Source: Convolutriloba macropyga (lineage: Eukaryota). Taken from it: DNA of 64,000 nt. Numbering within the stretch: position 1 is the stretch's first letter; each line of letters opens with the position of its first letter. Of the stretch, positions 1 through 12,072 are shown piece after piece. The translations under genes and the position numbers were made by a program. Below the pieces are notes generated by a model, which ran no database searches, was not told the origin of the DNA, and saw only the letters and a program-made list of their open reading frames with translations. The stretch covers positions 8,308,001-8,372,000 of the forward strand of contig NC_134469.1 in the NCBI RefSeq assembly GCF_964194025.1. Direction: 5' to 3'.

Positions 1-927
1 GAACATTTCTTGGATCTAAATCATACTCAATAATATTTCGTGTAGTAAAAAGGCTAAATATAAGATCAAACATCTTATTAAACCCTAATAAAATTGGGCG
101 TGCTCACAAAGGAAAGTAATTGTGCATGAAAAATCCAATTAATAATTATTGGAACAAAAATTCTGCTTAATATGGGTTCAAACGTTTGCTAGTTTTTTTG
201 TACCTATAGAAAACGGTTGATATATGTATGTAACTAATTAACGTGGTGAATACATTAAGAGCAACAACATGAAACACAGATAAGTTGTATCTTAATCAAG
301 CTGTTTAAAACTTGTGTCTGTGATCAAAACTCGTATCTATGCTCATGCTTTCTATATTAAATTTTGAAGGTTGGAGAGGTGCGCTGATAAACCAAAATAA
401 ATCGAAGAGATAAATTTGTTGGATAAAACCACTGTGGTTACTGAAAAATTGTTTAGCTCATTGCAACCACTAAATGGAAAAGTAAATTTGGTAAATACTA
501 ATTGGAGAAGAAAAATTTAAGGAACCTGTTTTCATTAAAACTGTTTGCACCTATAAAAAGCAATACACCTGTTGTTTTGCATTTTGTACACCATTTATAC
601 ATCGTTTTGGTCTTTTCTGAAGTTTCTGCTGAAATTTTTACCCCGAGTTTCACACCAGGAAGGGTTATTTAAATATTGGATTTTTACTTACGAAGACGCT
701 GTAAAAATTGTCTCATGAACAAATCATACATGAGATGAAGAACTTCTAAAGAGAATTGTTAGTTTTTGATGTAAATTTTAGTAACTGAGTATGCTTTAGT
801 TATTCGCATTTGATTTGCAATTTTGCTTCAGATTTTAAATTTCATTCCTGTTTTTGAACTGGAATCAGCCAATTTTATGAATTCCATACAATCGTCGATA
901 ATTTTTTTAAATATCATGATAAAACTA

Positions 928-1443
928 CCCTAGTCATCGGCCACTGCAAATCTTATAAAATCTTATAAGCTTCTTATATGGTCTTAAGGCCAAATCAATG
1001 CATTAATCTTGTTAGATTGTATAAGAGATTTTTTCTGAAATTGTAAGATCTTATAAGAATTGTAAAAATTCATAAGATCTTATAAGATTCTTATAAGATA
1101 TTGCTTTAATCTTGCAACACTTGCTAAGAGTAGTAACAACTGGTAAGATCTTATAAGTATTTTATAAGACACACATTATTCTTATAAGATCAAAACTTAT
1201 CTTGTAAGATCTTACAAAAACCTTATAAGACACACATTTTTCTGTTAAGATTAAAGCAAATCTTTATATAAGACGATACTTACCTCTTAGAAGTTTCCCT
1301 CTGTTTTATAAGATCTTACAAGGTATGTAATGTCTGATAAAATCTTAAATGATATGCTCCATCTTTTAAGCAGTTACACGATATGGAGTATTGGTAAAAA
1401 TCGTATATGATCTTATAAGATATGCACTGGTCAATGACTAGGG
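928..1443. mobile_element. MITE-like non-autonomous DNA element with ~30-bp TIRs and internal TCTTATAAGA arrays
   Basis: Left end CCCTAGTCATCGGCCACTGCAAATCTTATA matches the reverse complement of right end TATAAGATATGCACTGGTCAATGACTAGGG. Interior is built from tcttataaga repeats. A similar CTAGGG terminus occurs near 38000. Confidence 0.75.
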
Positions 1444-2717
1444 AACCCTAATTAAGCCTTCGGGTGAAGTTCAAAACAATAATAGTGAAACAACGATCAA
1501 CAATGGAATAAAACATGACATTTTTTGACTAACTACCCAGTGATCTGTTTTGACTAACTACCAAGTCTTTTTCTACCCAGTGAAGCAATGTTTGAAATAT
1601 TTTGCCAAAATCGTTATAAACTGATAATTCTAAAAATATCTTGACAAGATCTTGACAAGTGCTTATCAAGACATGTCGATAGATGTTTTTGTGGTACAAT
1701 TTGCTTCTATCGTAGTCAATTTTGACATTTAAAAATATCTTGGAAGCAAGTAAGATTGTTCAAGAACCAAATTTATCAGTCACCAATTTTATTTTGCTTT
1801 GTCTTGCCATATTTCTTTGTTAATCTTTCTTGGATTGGAAATCATGCGAAAGTATTGTCTCACATTCACAAATCTTCCAAATTGATAAAATCCTGATTTT
1901 TCTTGCTATGTAACATTTCAAGGTCTTAGCAAGATTAGCCACCCAGGATGAGGTCCTCTGCCCAAAACTGGTATGGGTCAGACCGAATAGACCGAAAAAA
2001 GGCATGCGCTAGACGGAACAGACCCAATTCAGGTATGAGTCAGAGGAAGCGGCGCGACCAAAATTTTGTCCAGACTATGCGCTTCTTCGTACCAGACCCC
2101 TCCGTTCGCGACCCATGTCCATCTGGCTCATACCGGTCTTGGGACAATGACTGCCCATGCTTTATCAAGACTAACAAATTTTCTTTTACTTTAAAAATAC
2201 CAGCCAGAAACAATTTTTTCGCGAAACTTTGACCGTTTCTTATAAATATCAAGTGGGGGTTGGGGGAGCTGCATTAAGAATTACCTTGCGGTACACCAGA
2301 CAGTCGGTGTGCTCTCCTGAATGGTTGCATACAGTTGGCTGCAGTCACCACCCACCTTGGGGCTATAAGTGTCCCCCCACAGAAAAAATCTGCAGGTTGT
2401 AGGAAAATCAGTCGGACATAAAATGACCTCGGTTGAGACGGAATTCCATCGACAATCAGCTCTAGTGAAAATAGGAACTACCTGCGATCTGTCCAATAAA
2501 TGAAGTTGTTTTTTGTTGAGCATTGTTTTTGCTTTTAATTTTGTTTTGCCAATCAAGCTAAAAAATCATGAAAAAATGTATCGAAGGCTGTTGGGCTGTT
2601 TTCAAATTAGGCAAAAGGCATTATTTTGTAGAAAGCATTCTGTTTTTTGCAAAGTTGTCCATTTTTGTGCGCTGTTACTGGTCATGATTTGACCCATGCA
2701 CGTAGAAAATGAACTTA

Positions 2718-3009
2718 CCCGGGTTCCTGAACTAACCAAAGTTACCCAACTAATGAACATACAAGGATCATTCAGGATTTCAAACAACTTTCATCATTAA
2801 ATTACCGGGGTTTTCGTGAGCTGTTAAGCGTTTCTCAGTAGTGTGTCTTAGCAATCGTAATAGATCAATGATGATTTCCGTGATTTCATGCAAGGATCAT
2901 GTATGTTTTCCATAGTTCTCCTATGCAACAGTCGCACTAAGTAATACATGATGATTTGTATGACATCATATATGATCCTTGTAGGACTACCGTGAAAGAT
3001 CAACCCGGG
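2718..3009. repeat. CCCGGG-terminated repeat family with ATCATACAAGG/CATATATGA motifs
   Basis: cccgggtt...aacccggg ends; same motifs recur at 60349-61132 and 62744-64000. Confidence 0.55.
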
Positions 3010-3339
3010 GATCAGAATCCTGGTCACAATTTCCAGATTTGTCAGCCTATAACTTCCAGACCTATAATGATACCCATCTGGCCTATGCCTCGACCTTTTC
3101 CAGATTTCACACCTGTGATATTTTCCATTTTCCAAACTGATCAGTACATTCAGACATATTTTCAAGCAACCTTCTGGCTGTAAAATCAAAATTCCTTCTA
3201 GACTATTTATAAAAAGCTCGGGCTCTACACGTCACCTCAGCCAAACTGTTGTCTGGACAAAAGTCTGGGACCTCGGCCCGAGCCGAGATGGACGTCTTTG
3301 ATTATTTTAAAACCTTTGAGGTCAACGGCTCTGGCCGCT

Positions 3340-3565
3340 TACAGGAAATGACAAATTTTACTACCTTCAAAAAAGAAATTGACTATTTCGATTATTTCTG
3401 TTAATTTTGAGAACTGACCGTTTTTGATCAGTTGATCGAGGAAAATTATAACGCTTATTTCTTTGGTTATTTGGTCAAAATTGATCAGTTCTCAAAATTC
3501 AAAAATAATCAAAATTGGTTGGCACTTTCATTTTTAAAGTGAAGCCAATTATGTCATTTCTTTAA
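3340..3565. repeat. degenerate palindrome (old MITE)
   Basis: gaaatgaca/tgtcatttc and aattttgagaactga/tcagttctcaaaatt form nested inverted pairs. Confidence 0.5.
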
Positions 3566-5196
3566 AAAAACACTCACAACACTTGAGCGGTAATAAAAAG
3601 CATCAATCTATTAAAAAATATTTTTAGCATGTCTGATTTCAGCTGTTCTATACGAAAAAATTGGACCGCAGATTATTAAAAATTTGTTTCTTGTATGCAT
3701 TACATGTAACTCAGGAATGACCAAAATTTTATTTTTTAAGTTTTTTCGATTAGAGTTATTTATTTTTACTAAGTGTAAAATTTAAGCTACAAAGAGATCG
3801 CATTGAGGTCAAACCCCGCAAAGCTCTATCAGGAAAGGATTTAATTAATTGGACGAAAATACTGTTAAAGATAATGAGGCATAAAATAATTTTCATTTCA
3901 ATTAGTTTTAGTTTGCAAATAGTGAATAAGAGAAATGAAAATGTGAAATGTCGATTAATAGTTGCTCACTTTACTCTCACTCGCTGACTAACTGTGAACT
4001 TCAAGTGAAATTTGACATAAAAATGTCAAGCTTTTGCTTTCGTTACTGAAATAAATTTTCCAAATATTTCATGAAAACCACTATAAGTAACAGGGTAATA
4101 TGCGTTCCCATATGATGTTCCGACCCCGCCCATCCACGTCTTGATTTAATTATTGCATACCAAATGAGGAAGTGAAAGAAAACGTTCCCAAATTCACATA
4201 TCTTTCAACAAACAATTAAGTGAAAAAATAATGCTAGATAAGAGAGCCGGTAAAACTCTCTAATCCAGCCGATGAGACTTTCTCATAGGAAACAATTGAG
4301 ACGTGTCCTTATCCTTAATATGTCGGACGACTGCAAAAATAACGGCAAAAACGAAACAAAAAACAATTGAAATTAAAAAGAACGCAGTGCAGCAACAGTT
4401 GAAACCATAGGCTATTCATAAATATTATTAAACAGCGTCAATTTTGCACTTTTTCAACGCCAATTGGGTGACCCCATTAGTGTGATAATGTGGAAATGCA
4501 ACAAAGAACTCAAGAATAGGCAAATATGCAAAAATCACACTTTTCTTATGAAAATTCGTAGCACCAAAGCCAAGAAACCATTAGATGAAAACAAAACTGC
4601 TATAAAGATAGAATCTTATTTTACTGGAAAGAGGATGCGACTTGTTGTTACAGAGACCAGGCCACAAAATTGAAAGAAGTAAGTTAAAAGTGACAAAGTT
4701 CAAAAGTTCACTAGTTTTTTTTTTTTAAAGATATATTTTAAAAATTTCAAACAATCCGAAAGCTTTCTACTTATAGCAAAAACAGATAAATTTGCAACTG
4801 ACCATGAAGACAGTTGTGCTTGTTATTATCAAAGCCACAGTGTAGAAGCCACTATATCTATAATAGAGTAAAAACTATTAAAAACTGTAAAATGACGAAA
4901 GGGATTGATTATTTTGCTTGGTTCCCCTGATGTTAACTGATATTTTTAGGTACAGGATTCTTTTTGGAAAGACAACAAAAAGAACCACAAATTTGGACCG
5001 AGATTCCAAACTCACGAAATTTTCATGAAAACACATCTGTCATCGATACATCTGTCAGAGAAAGCTCTATACACATCTGTCCAAACGTAAACAACAGCAC
5101 AATATTGTTTAGGGCAAGAGAAAATTGATGAATTCAGTCAATAATAAGACTTTGTTCCTTGTTGACGACAAAGAAAACAAGATTTTAGTGAATAGC

Positions 5197-5638
5197 CTAT
5201 AGTTTTATCGACCGAGCATCCGTGCTCTTGCAAAATTTATTAGAATTTTTTTTGCCTCTAATTGTCGTTTTTTGTTGCCGTTCGGTAAATTCATGACTAT
5301 CAAAGACCTTGATTGCTTCCACGGATGAATTTTTAACTGAATCTTTTTTTAATTTCAGTTTATAGCAAACGGTTTTAAAGACTTCCAATTAATTTCTTTC
5401 AAGAAAATTTTTTTGTTATTCCTATTTTTTGCTCTCCAAAGAAATTATTTGAAAGTCTTTTAAACAATAAGCTATAAACTGAAATCACGAAAAAATTCTA
5501 ATAAACATCCAGGGAAGCAATCAAGCCCTCTGATTGTCATGAATATGCTGAACGACAAAAACAACGACAATTAGAGGCAAAGCAAAGAAATCCATATAAT
5601 TTTTGGGAGAGCATGAATGCGCAGCCGTTAAAACTATA
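5197..5638. mobile_element. degenerate palindromic MITE; the Gypsy element sits at its right end
   Basis: ctatagttttatcg...gtgctcttgcaaaattt is the reverse complement of ...gagagcatgaatgcgcagccgttaaaactata; ttgcctctaattgtcgtt pairs with aacgacaattagaggcaa. Confidence 0.65.
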
Positions 5639-5639
5639 T

Positions 5640-6464
5640 TGTTACGCACTGATTTTTAAAGGTTGACTTTATGATGTTATTGAGGTAAATATTCGAAGCA
5701 TATAATCAGAATAACTGACATTTTACAAGGACTTATTTGGTGTTTCACAGTGCGATTTTTAGCAGATATATTTTGAATAAAATTAGCTAATAATAGCCTT
5801 TTATTGAGTGTTTCAGATGCGTGATATATCCACTAGTTTGCCTTGCATTTTAGAGTTTTGTTAATACCGGTTTCGGCTCTAATGAAGCTGACTCAAACTT
5901 AGAGTTTTTAGAGAAAATTCCAGTTCAATCTTTAATTATTTTTAGCAATAATTATTTAATAACTTTAGCAAGAAGTTTCTCAAGTTTTATCAAGTTTTAT
6001 AAGATGTTAGGCAACTGATTGTCAGGCTGGTTCTCCGATGTTCTGGTGATAGTGGGTTCCGCAGGGTTGTGCCTCGAGTTGTATTGGTCCTTCGCAAATA
6101 TTTACTGATCTACAAGTTGGGCAATTTCCGGCTTTTGTACGTCTCTTGATGTTTGTTAAGTACATATACAAGTTCCGTATTAGCACCTACTTTATCAGAA
6201 TAATTACTTCACCAAGTACATAATCTCTCACAAAGTTATTTACTGATTATGTGAATTTATCATCAAGAAACTCAAAAAAAAAATTGAGGCTTTTAGGCAC
6301 TTGATATGTTTGCTATTAAACTGTCACTCTGCGGTTGTTTTTCGTAAACATAAACAAATTAGAGGTTACAGGCCTAGATGGAAAATATTGGCTATATATG
6401 GCCTTGAAACTAACTGAATATTGATTAATATAAAGCACTTAATTATGGATAATTTAAGGAATAT
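5640..6464 (-). repeat. 3' LTR
   Basis: Direct repeat of 20437-21264 with roughly 15-20 differences. Ends ...GCGTAACA on the minus strand. AATAAA (minus) at 5800-5805. Confidence 0.92.
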
Positions 6465-9400
6465 GAAAATTTTGGGAAAGAACTGGGTTTTTACAATTTT
6501 TCTATAAAACACAAATCTGCACGAATATGAGGATATAAACATATTTTTGTTGGAGCCAACCAATTTATGTTTTCTTAGAAAAGAGTTTTGGAACGAAAAC
6601 ATTTCAGTTAAAGACAATTAATGAAGTTAAGAGAAATAAAGTTTAAGTTGAGACAAATGGAGATAAAGGTTAAAGTGAGGAAAGTTAAGACAAGATGAAG
6701 AGCTTTGAAGGAACATTAAAGATGTAAAAGTGCGCTAATTTCAGAGTAAAGAGTGGGAACATAGTTGAAGTTACAGTTAAGATTAAGAGAAGACATTGAA
6801 TTAGCACTGAAAATAATCACGGTTAGTTCTTTGAATAATGGCTCTAAACTTTTAGAAGGAGGATAAGAAGGATACTGGTTAAATGAAGGGTTTAAAGCAC
6901 TGGTTGATTTCTGGGATTGAAGCATTGGTTTGGTGATTTAAAGCACTTGTGATTAGAACTTAATGAGTGAAGGGATACTTAGTCAGTTAAAGGATTAATA
7001 CTTGTCGAACAAGTTAAGACTTTCAAGAAATCAAAATATACTTTCCTCTCGGGTTAAAGCGTTGTTGTCGTTTTCGTCTTCTGTGGTAGTTTGTTCGTCT
7101 TCTATATCAAGTTTGTCTGTTTCAAATGGAAGATGCGCTTTTTGTTGGACAATTAGACAGTTGAAGGAAAACTTGAAGATTGCTCTCCCTATGAACAAAC
7201 CTCACGTTTCTTGCGGAGAAGTCTAAAGTTTTTCTCTTCTGTTCGTCAATTGCTTTGTCCAGGTGGTTGTCAGTCGTAATGCTGTCGTCGGGAGTAGGAA
7301 CTACAGAGATGCATGTTACTCGTGCAATACTTTTCCGCCGTTTGGCTTTCCTTGAAGCCTTTATGGATTAGTGCATTGTATCGATGCATGGTAGTTACTT
7401 CACTCTATCTTTGCTGGATGATATGTTTTATGTCAGGTTGGTCACTCTGAGCAGGACCAGGAGCTTTTTTTCTTTATTGACCTTCATTTGGACGCTTGAG
7501 GTCCTGTTCGGGGAGAAAGGAAAAATGTCTGAGAAAAACAATTTTAATCACTTTTTGCACGAGCTCTTCAGTTTCGTTTTTCATTGTCTTTCACTAGCTT
7601 TGGCAATTTGTCTGCCTCTCGAGTATAAAATGAACGAAAAACCCATGGTGCTGTACGTGCAGTTCATGGACAGCAATATGTTTTATTCTCTGAAGGTTTG
7701 GCTGAAAGTTTCGCTCAGTGGGCAGATATCCAAATGGAACTCGATATTGTAAAACTTTTGCAATATTTTTGGTTTTGTGACCAACTATTGCTGTTATGAC
7801 ATGTTATGGTGGTTCCTTTTGTTCGTTCGCCTACTGGATTCAGACTTCTAGGTCTAGTTTTCTCAATATGGCACTTATTTATGTGATATTTACTTGTTTC
7901 AGCTGCTCTCTACTTTTAGGTCGTGTGGTGATGTGTGTATTTATTGATATTACTACTAAATATGGTGTTCAAACATGTTGAAGTGTGGTTATTTGGTTGA
8001 ATGGTGGATTTGTGATGATGGGGATAGTGGTTGGGGGGGGGTTGAATTGTGCAGTCTTTACATGTTTTTTCGAGTTTTTAAGATTATTTGTTGTCAATAT
8101 GTGCTTCAGTATTGCTGTCGGCCCAAATAATATCACTCTGGGGTGCTGCAGCAACGGGACCAGGTATGTGTCAAGGAACTGGGTTCACTGGTCTCGTTTG
8201 CTGCACCCAGAGTGTAATATCCATAATAGTTCTACTGTAGATATTAGCTTAGACGACGGAGAAGATAGTTGGGACTGGGACGTAATATTATTATTAGTAT
8301 TCCTATTATTATCTTTTTATTCGGGATTATTGGGATGTGGAGGAGGACATGGAGGGGAAGATGTGTGGGAGGAAGGAGAGAGAGGGAAGAGTTGGAAGAT
8401 CAGGAGGGTGAGGGAGGAGTGGAAATGAAGGAGACGACAGTATAACTAGTTATTTATATTTATTTATTTAACTCATTAACTGACTTGTAGTTGTATATGT
8501 TTAGTTGTAGTTTGGCTTGATTTGTCTTTATATACTGACTAATACAATTGGTGCTACTAATATTTAATAAGGTGCTACTAATATCATAGTAATTAGTATA
8601 TACTAAAAAATGTTTTGTTGGGAAGAATTGAGGACATAGTAAGGGGAGAAATAGGCAGAATTAGTGAGGCGTATTGAATAAGTAAATGTTAGTGAAGGGT
8701 GTAAGTGTGTGTTCAGAGTGATAATGTGTTTTTTGCGTCATGTGTTGTTAGCTATTAGCGGTCATTATAGCAATGAGTATTTTAACTGTTGTTGTGCCAA
8801 ATTAATCGAATTTTAGTGCAATTTTGAGGCAGTTTATTTATTTTGATAGCATTTATTCAGTTTGGATGATGCTGAGCGGTACGTGACTCGTTCTACTAGG
8901 ACAAGGGGTCAGGCCGGTCAGAGTACTAGTGGTGGTGGTACCGTGGCTGAGAATAGCGCCGATGAGAAATGACTAGTGTCGGTGCAATTGTATTCATCAT
9001 GTAGTTTTATGTCATTTATAGGTGAGTTTTTACTTGTTATTTGGCAATTGTAGCTTTGATAGTTAGTTTTTACTGTTGGAGCTAGGAACTGTGGTGTGTG
9101 TGAGCATGTGGTAACATTTTAATTGCGGTGTGTGTCTTTATAATGGTGTCTTTTAGAATTTGGTGACATAACGGCTTTTTTGATGTTTGAGCATTAACTT
9201 TAATTTACTTGTAAATTGTTGATTATAGACTGTTTCTAATGGTTCTAGATACTTGTCCTGGTTGTTAGCAGCACTCGTGTGTAATTGGAACTGGTTTGGA
9301 AGAGTATTTGGTACTAATTTTCACATGTAATTTTTTCGTAATTTTGGCCATTTTTCCGCATCAGGGCTGGTGTTACATATATGTGAATTTTTCAATTTTT

Positions 9401-9534
9401 ATTAGACTTTGGGCAAACTTTTTGGCTTAGCCCACTCAGTAGACATCAGTGGGGAATAACTATGCTATAAATTCAGGTTTTTGGGGACTTTTTGGTCAAC
9501 TTTTTTACTAAGGTATGAAAAACCAAAAAATGCG

Positions 9535-11800
9535 AAAAATTGAGGGCTCCAGCGTCACTCAATTTTTAAACTGCTCCAATCAGGCTCAAAATTGGTAAGT
9601 TGCTTCAGGGGCGCTGCAGCGCAAAAATTTGGCGCAATTTGAGCATTTTTCGCAAAGTTATGACTGTTTTCGTGATGTGAACCTGGCTGTTTTTGAATCA
9701 TGAAATTTCGGTCTGAATAAGTCGTCACTGTTTATACATTATCGGTATTGAATGGTTAAAATGGTACTGTGTATGCTTGGTACTAATGTTTATTACTGAA
9801 TTATAGGGTTTAAAGCTATTTATCGGGTCAGAACATTGATTTCTTTGTCCAAAATGCTAATTGTCAGACATGATTTTTCCACTAATTGAGCTTCTTCGAG
9901 ACATGTGTCAGTGTGGTGATTCTCTAGTGGCCTGAATCAGGTGCTATCTGTGGCTATCAGGGGTAGCATTTTGGTAGCTTTGAAGTTAAATAACTTGTGT
10001 TTTGTACCAGTTTTTCTGTGAAATTTACTAGATTTTTACTTGTGAAGCAGCATGTTGTGCACAAGTTGACATAGATTGGAGATAATTGATTTTTGACAGT
10101 AATTGTGGGTCAAACTAGTGAATACTATGTTAGTGGCAGCTATTGGTGCAGTTTGGTGTATGATTTGACTTTATTATGTGGAGTTTTTCACTTTAGAATT
10201 CTGGGCTAAATTTGATCAAATATGTGCAATTTTCAATTTTTTCACTTTTTTCATTATTTATGAACTTCATTTATGATTGTATGGGTTTATTGGGCTTGTA
10301 CAACTACTAGTGGGACTGAATATTGAATATGGGCTCATTAGTCGGCTATTTGGTACTAGTTTTCTGGTCTAAATCTTGCTCTATTTTGGCGAATTTGAGA
10401 AGAGTCTGGTAGGCTTCAGTTTTTTGCTATTATTTCAACATTTTACTTAACAATTTTCAATATTTTTTCATATGAGCGTGTAAAGCTTAAGCATACGGAT
10501 GTTTTACGCTAATAATATCGGGTTTTCGATCAATTTTTCGGATTTTATGAACCTGTTCGTAAATTTCCAAAAAGTCTCCAAAATTGAGGGGTCCAGCGTC
10601 ACTCAATTTTTAAAAAGCTTCGATTGAGCTCAAAATTGGTGAATCGCTCTATCGGCTCAAAAAATCCTGCAGCGCAAAAATTTGTGCAGTTTCAACATTA
10701 TTTTCACGAGTTTTAACGTTTTTGATGCAGTGAACCTGGGTTTTTTGAAAAGGCTCAGATAGGGGATAGGTTATTGGCTATGAGGCTATGAAAACTTGTT
10801 CAAAAGTGGTATTGCTATGGTTGGACTGCTCATGAGTAGGGCTAACTGAATTTACAATAAAATTGGGCATATTCAGGTATTAAGATGCATTTTTGATCAC
10901 TTTTTCTGGAAATAACACTTAAATTTTTGTGATTTTCGTTATTTTGGCAGTCTTTTCTCAGCTTGTATTGGCACTAGGGGGCTGGGAGTGCATATTCTGA
11001 GAGCTATAGATGTGGGCGTGCTGGTGGTATGTTTAATTGCTGTCAGAAGTTAATAATATTGACTCTAGCTGGAAATAACTGAATTTTTCCTGACAAAATT
11101 GTGGCGATTTCAGAGCTTATTTGGGCTTAAGTCTTCATGGTTGATACTGGGATGAGCTGGGACTGGTTTTTATGGTACTACAAAGCTAGTGGGGGGTCGC
11201 ATTAGGGTTGTAGGGGGTATAGGTGGCTTTTATCGGGTCAGGCGGAGAATAAAATGACAAAATTTTTGAAGCGGAGGATTTAAGCGGAAGCGCGATTTTC
11301 GTTTTTTTTCGTCATTTTTCAACATATAGTTAGAAATATGGGGTTTTTATTGTTGTTTGAGTTTGTACCATGTAGCTGCTGGAGGCATTTGGAACTGTTT
11401 TTGGCATATTTTTGGGGTATAATTTACACTACATTTTAATCAATTTTAACGCACTTAGGTAGGGTTCGGTATTTTTGTCATAACTCAAATTTTATTGATT
11501 TTTGACGGGATTTTTGGGTACTGGGATGTCAAGCGTAAGCAGTAGAATGGTCTAGGACTATAAAATGGGTCAATTGCGGGTTTTTTGTGGGAGTTATCAT
11601 TGAATTCGAGCGGATTCGAAAAGTGTCAAAAATTGAGGGCTCCAGCGTCACTCAATTTTTAAAGTTCTCCAAATCGCTTCAAAATTTGCATGTCGGTTCC
11701 TCGGCTCGAAAAATGCTGCAGCGCAAAAGTTTGAGATGACTGGGGCATTTTTCACAATTTTATTACTGTTTTTCTGACGCGAACCTAGGATTTTCGGAAG
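9535..11800. repeat. three ~170-bp conserved hairpin modules at ~1.05-kb spacing in the Gypsy 3' region
   Basis: AAAATTGAGGG(C/G)TCCAGCGTCACTCAATTTTTAAA at 9535, 10580 and 11628, each followed by CTGCAGCGCAAAA (9614, 10667, 11716) and GAACCT. Confidence 0.85.
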
Positions 11801-12072
11801 GGTCAATTTTAGGCTAAGTTTTGGTACTTAGAACGGGTCGAATGGGGTCAATAATAGCTGGAATCGCTTTTACTGGATAAGGGCTTTTCAGAACAATAAG
11901 TTAATCCAGGTTCAGATAAGTAGTTCTGGAGATATAACAAAAGAACTAGGATTTGAGGTCAAAATTTTTCGAATTTTTGGCGATTTTTGGACTTTAGGGC
12001 TAAGTTGCTCAGGCTTGTTGGGCTTTTGGGGCAAATGAAATGTACTGCTACACTGTACTGGGTCTGTACATG

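Noticed and set aside
7384-8428. Hydrophobic plus-strand ORFs (122, 61, 147 aa) as a possible env or membrane protein
   Set aside because: Antisense to the element; hydrophobicity follows from the G/T skew; no env-like motifs.
9535-11800. Hammerhead or HDV ribozyme reading of the triple module
   Set aside because: No conserved CUGANGA/GAAA core or HDV pseudoknot could be placed in all three copies.
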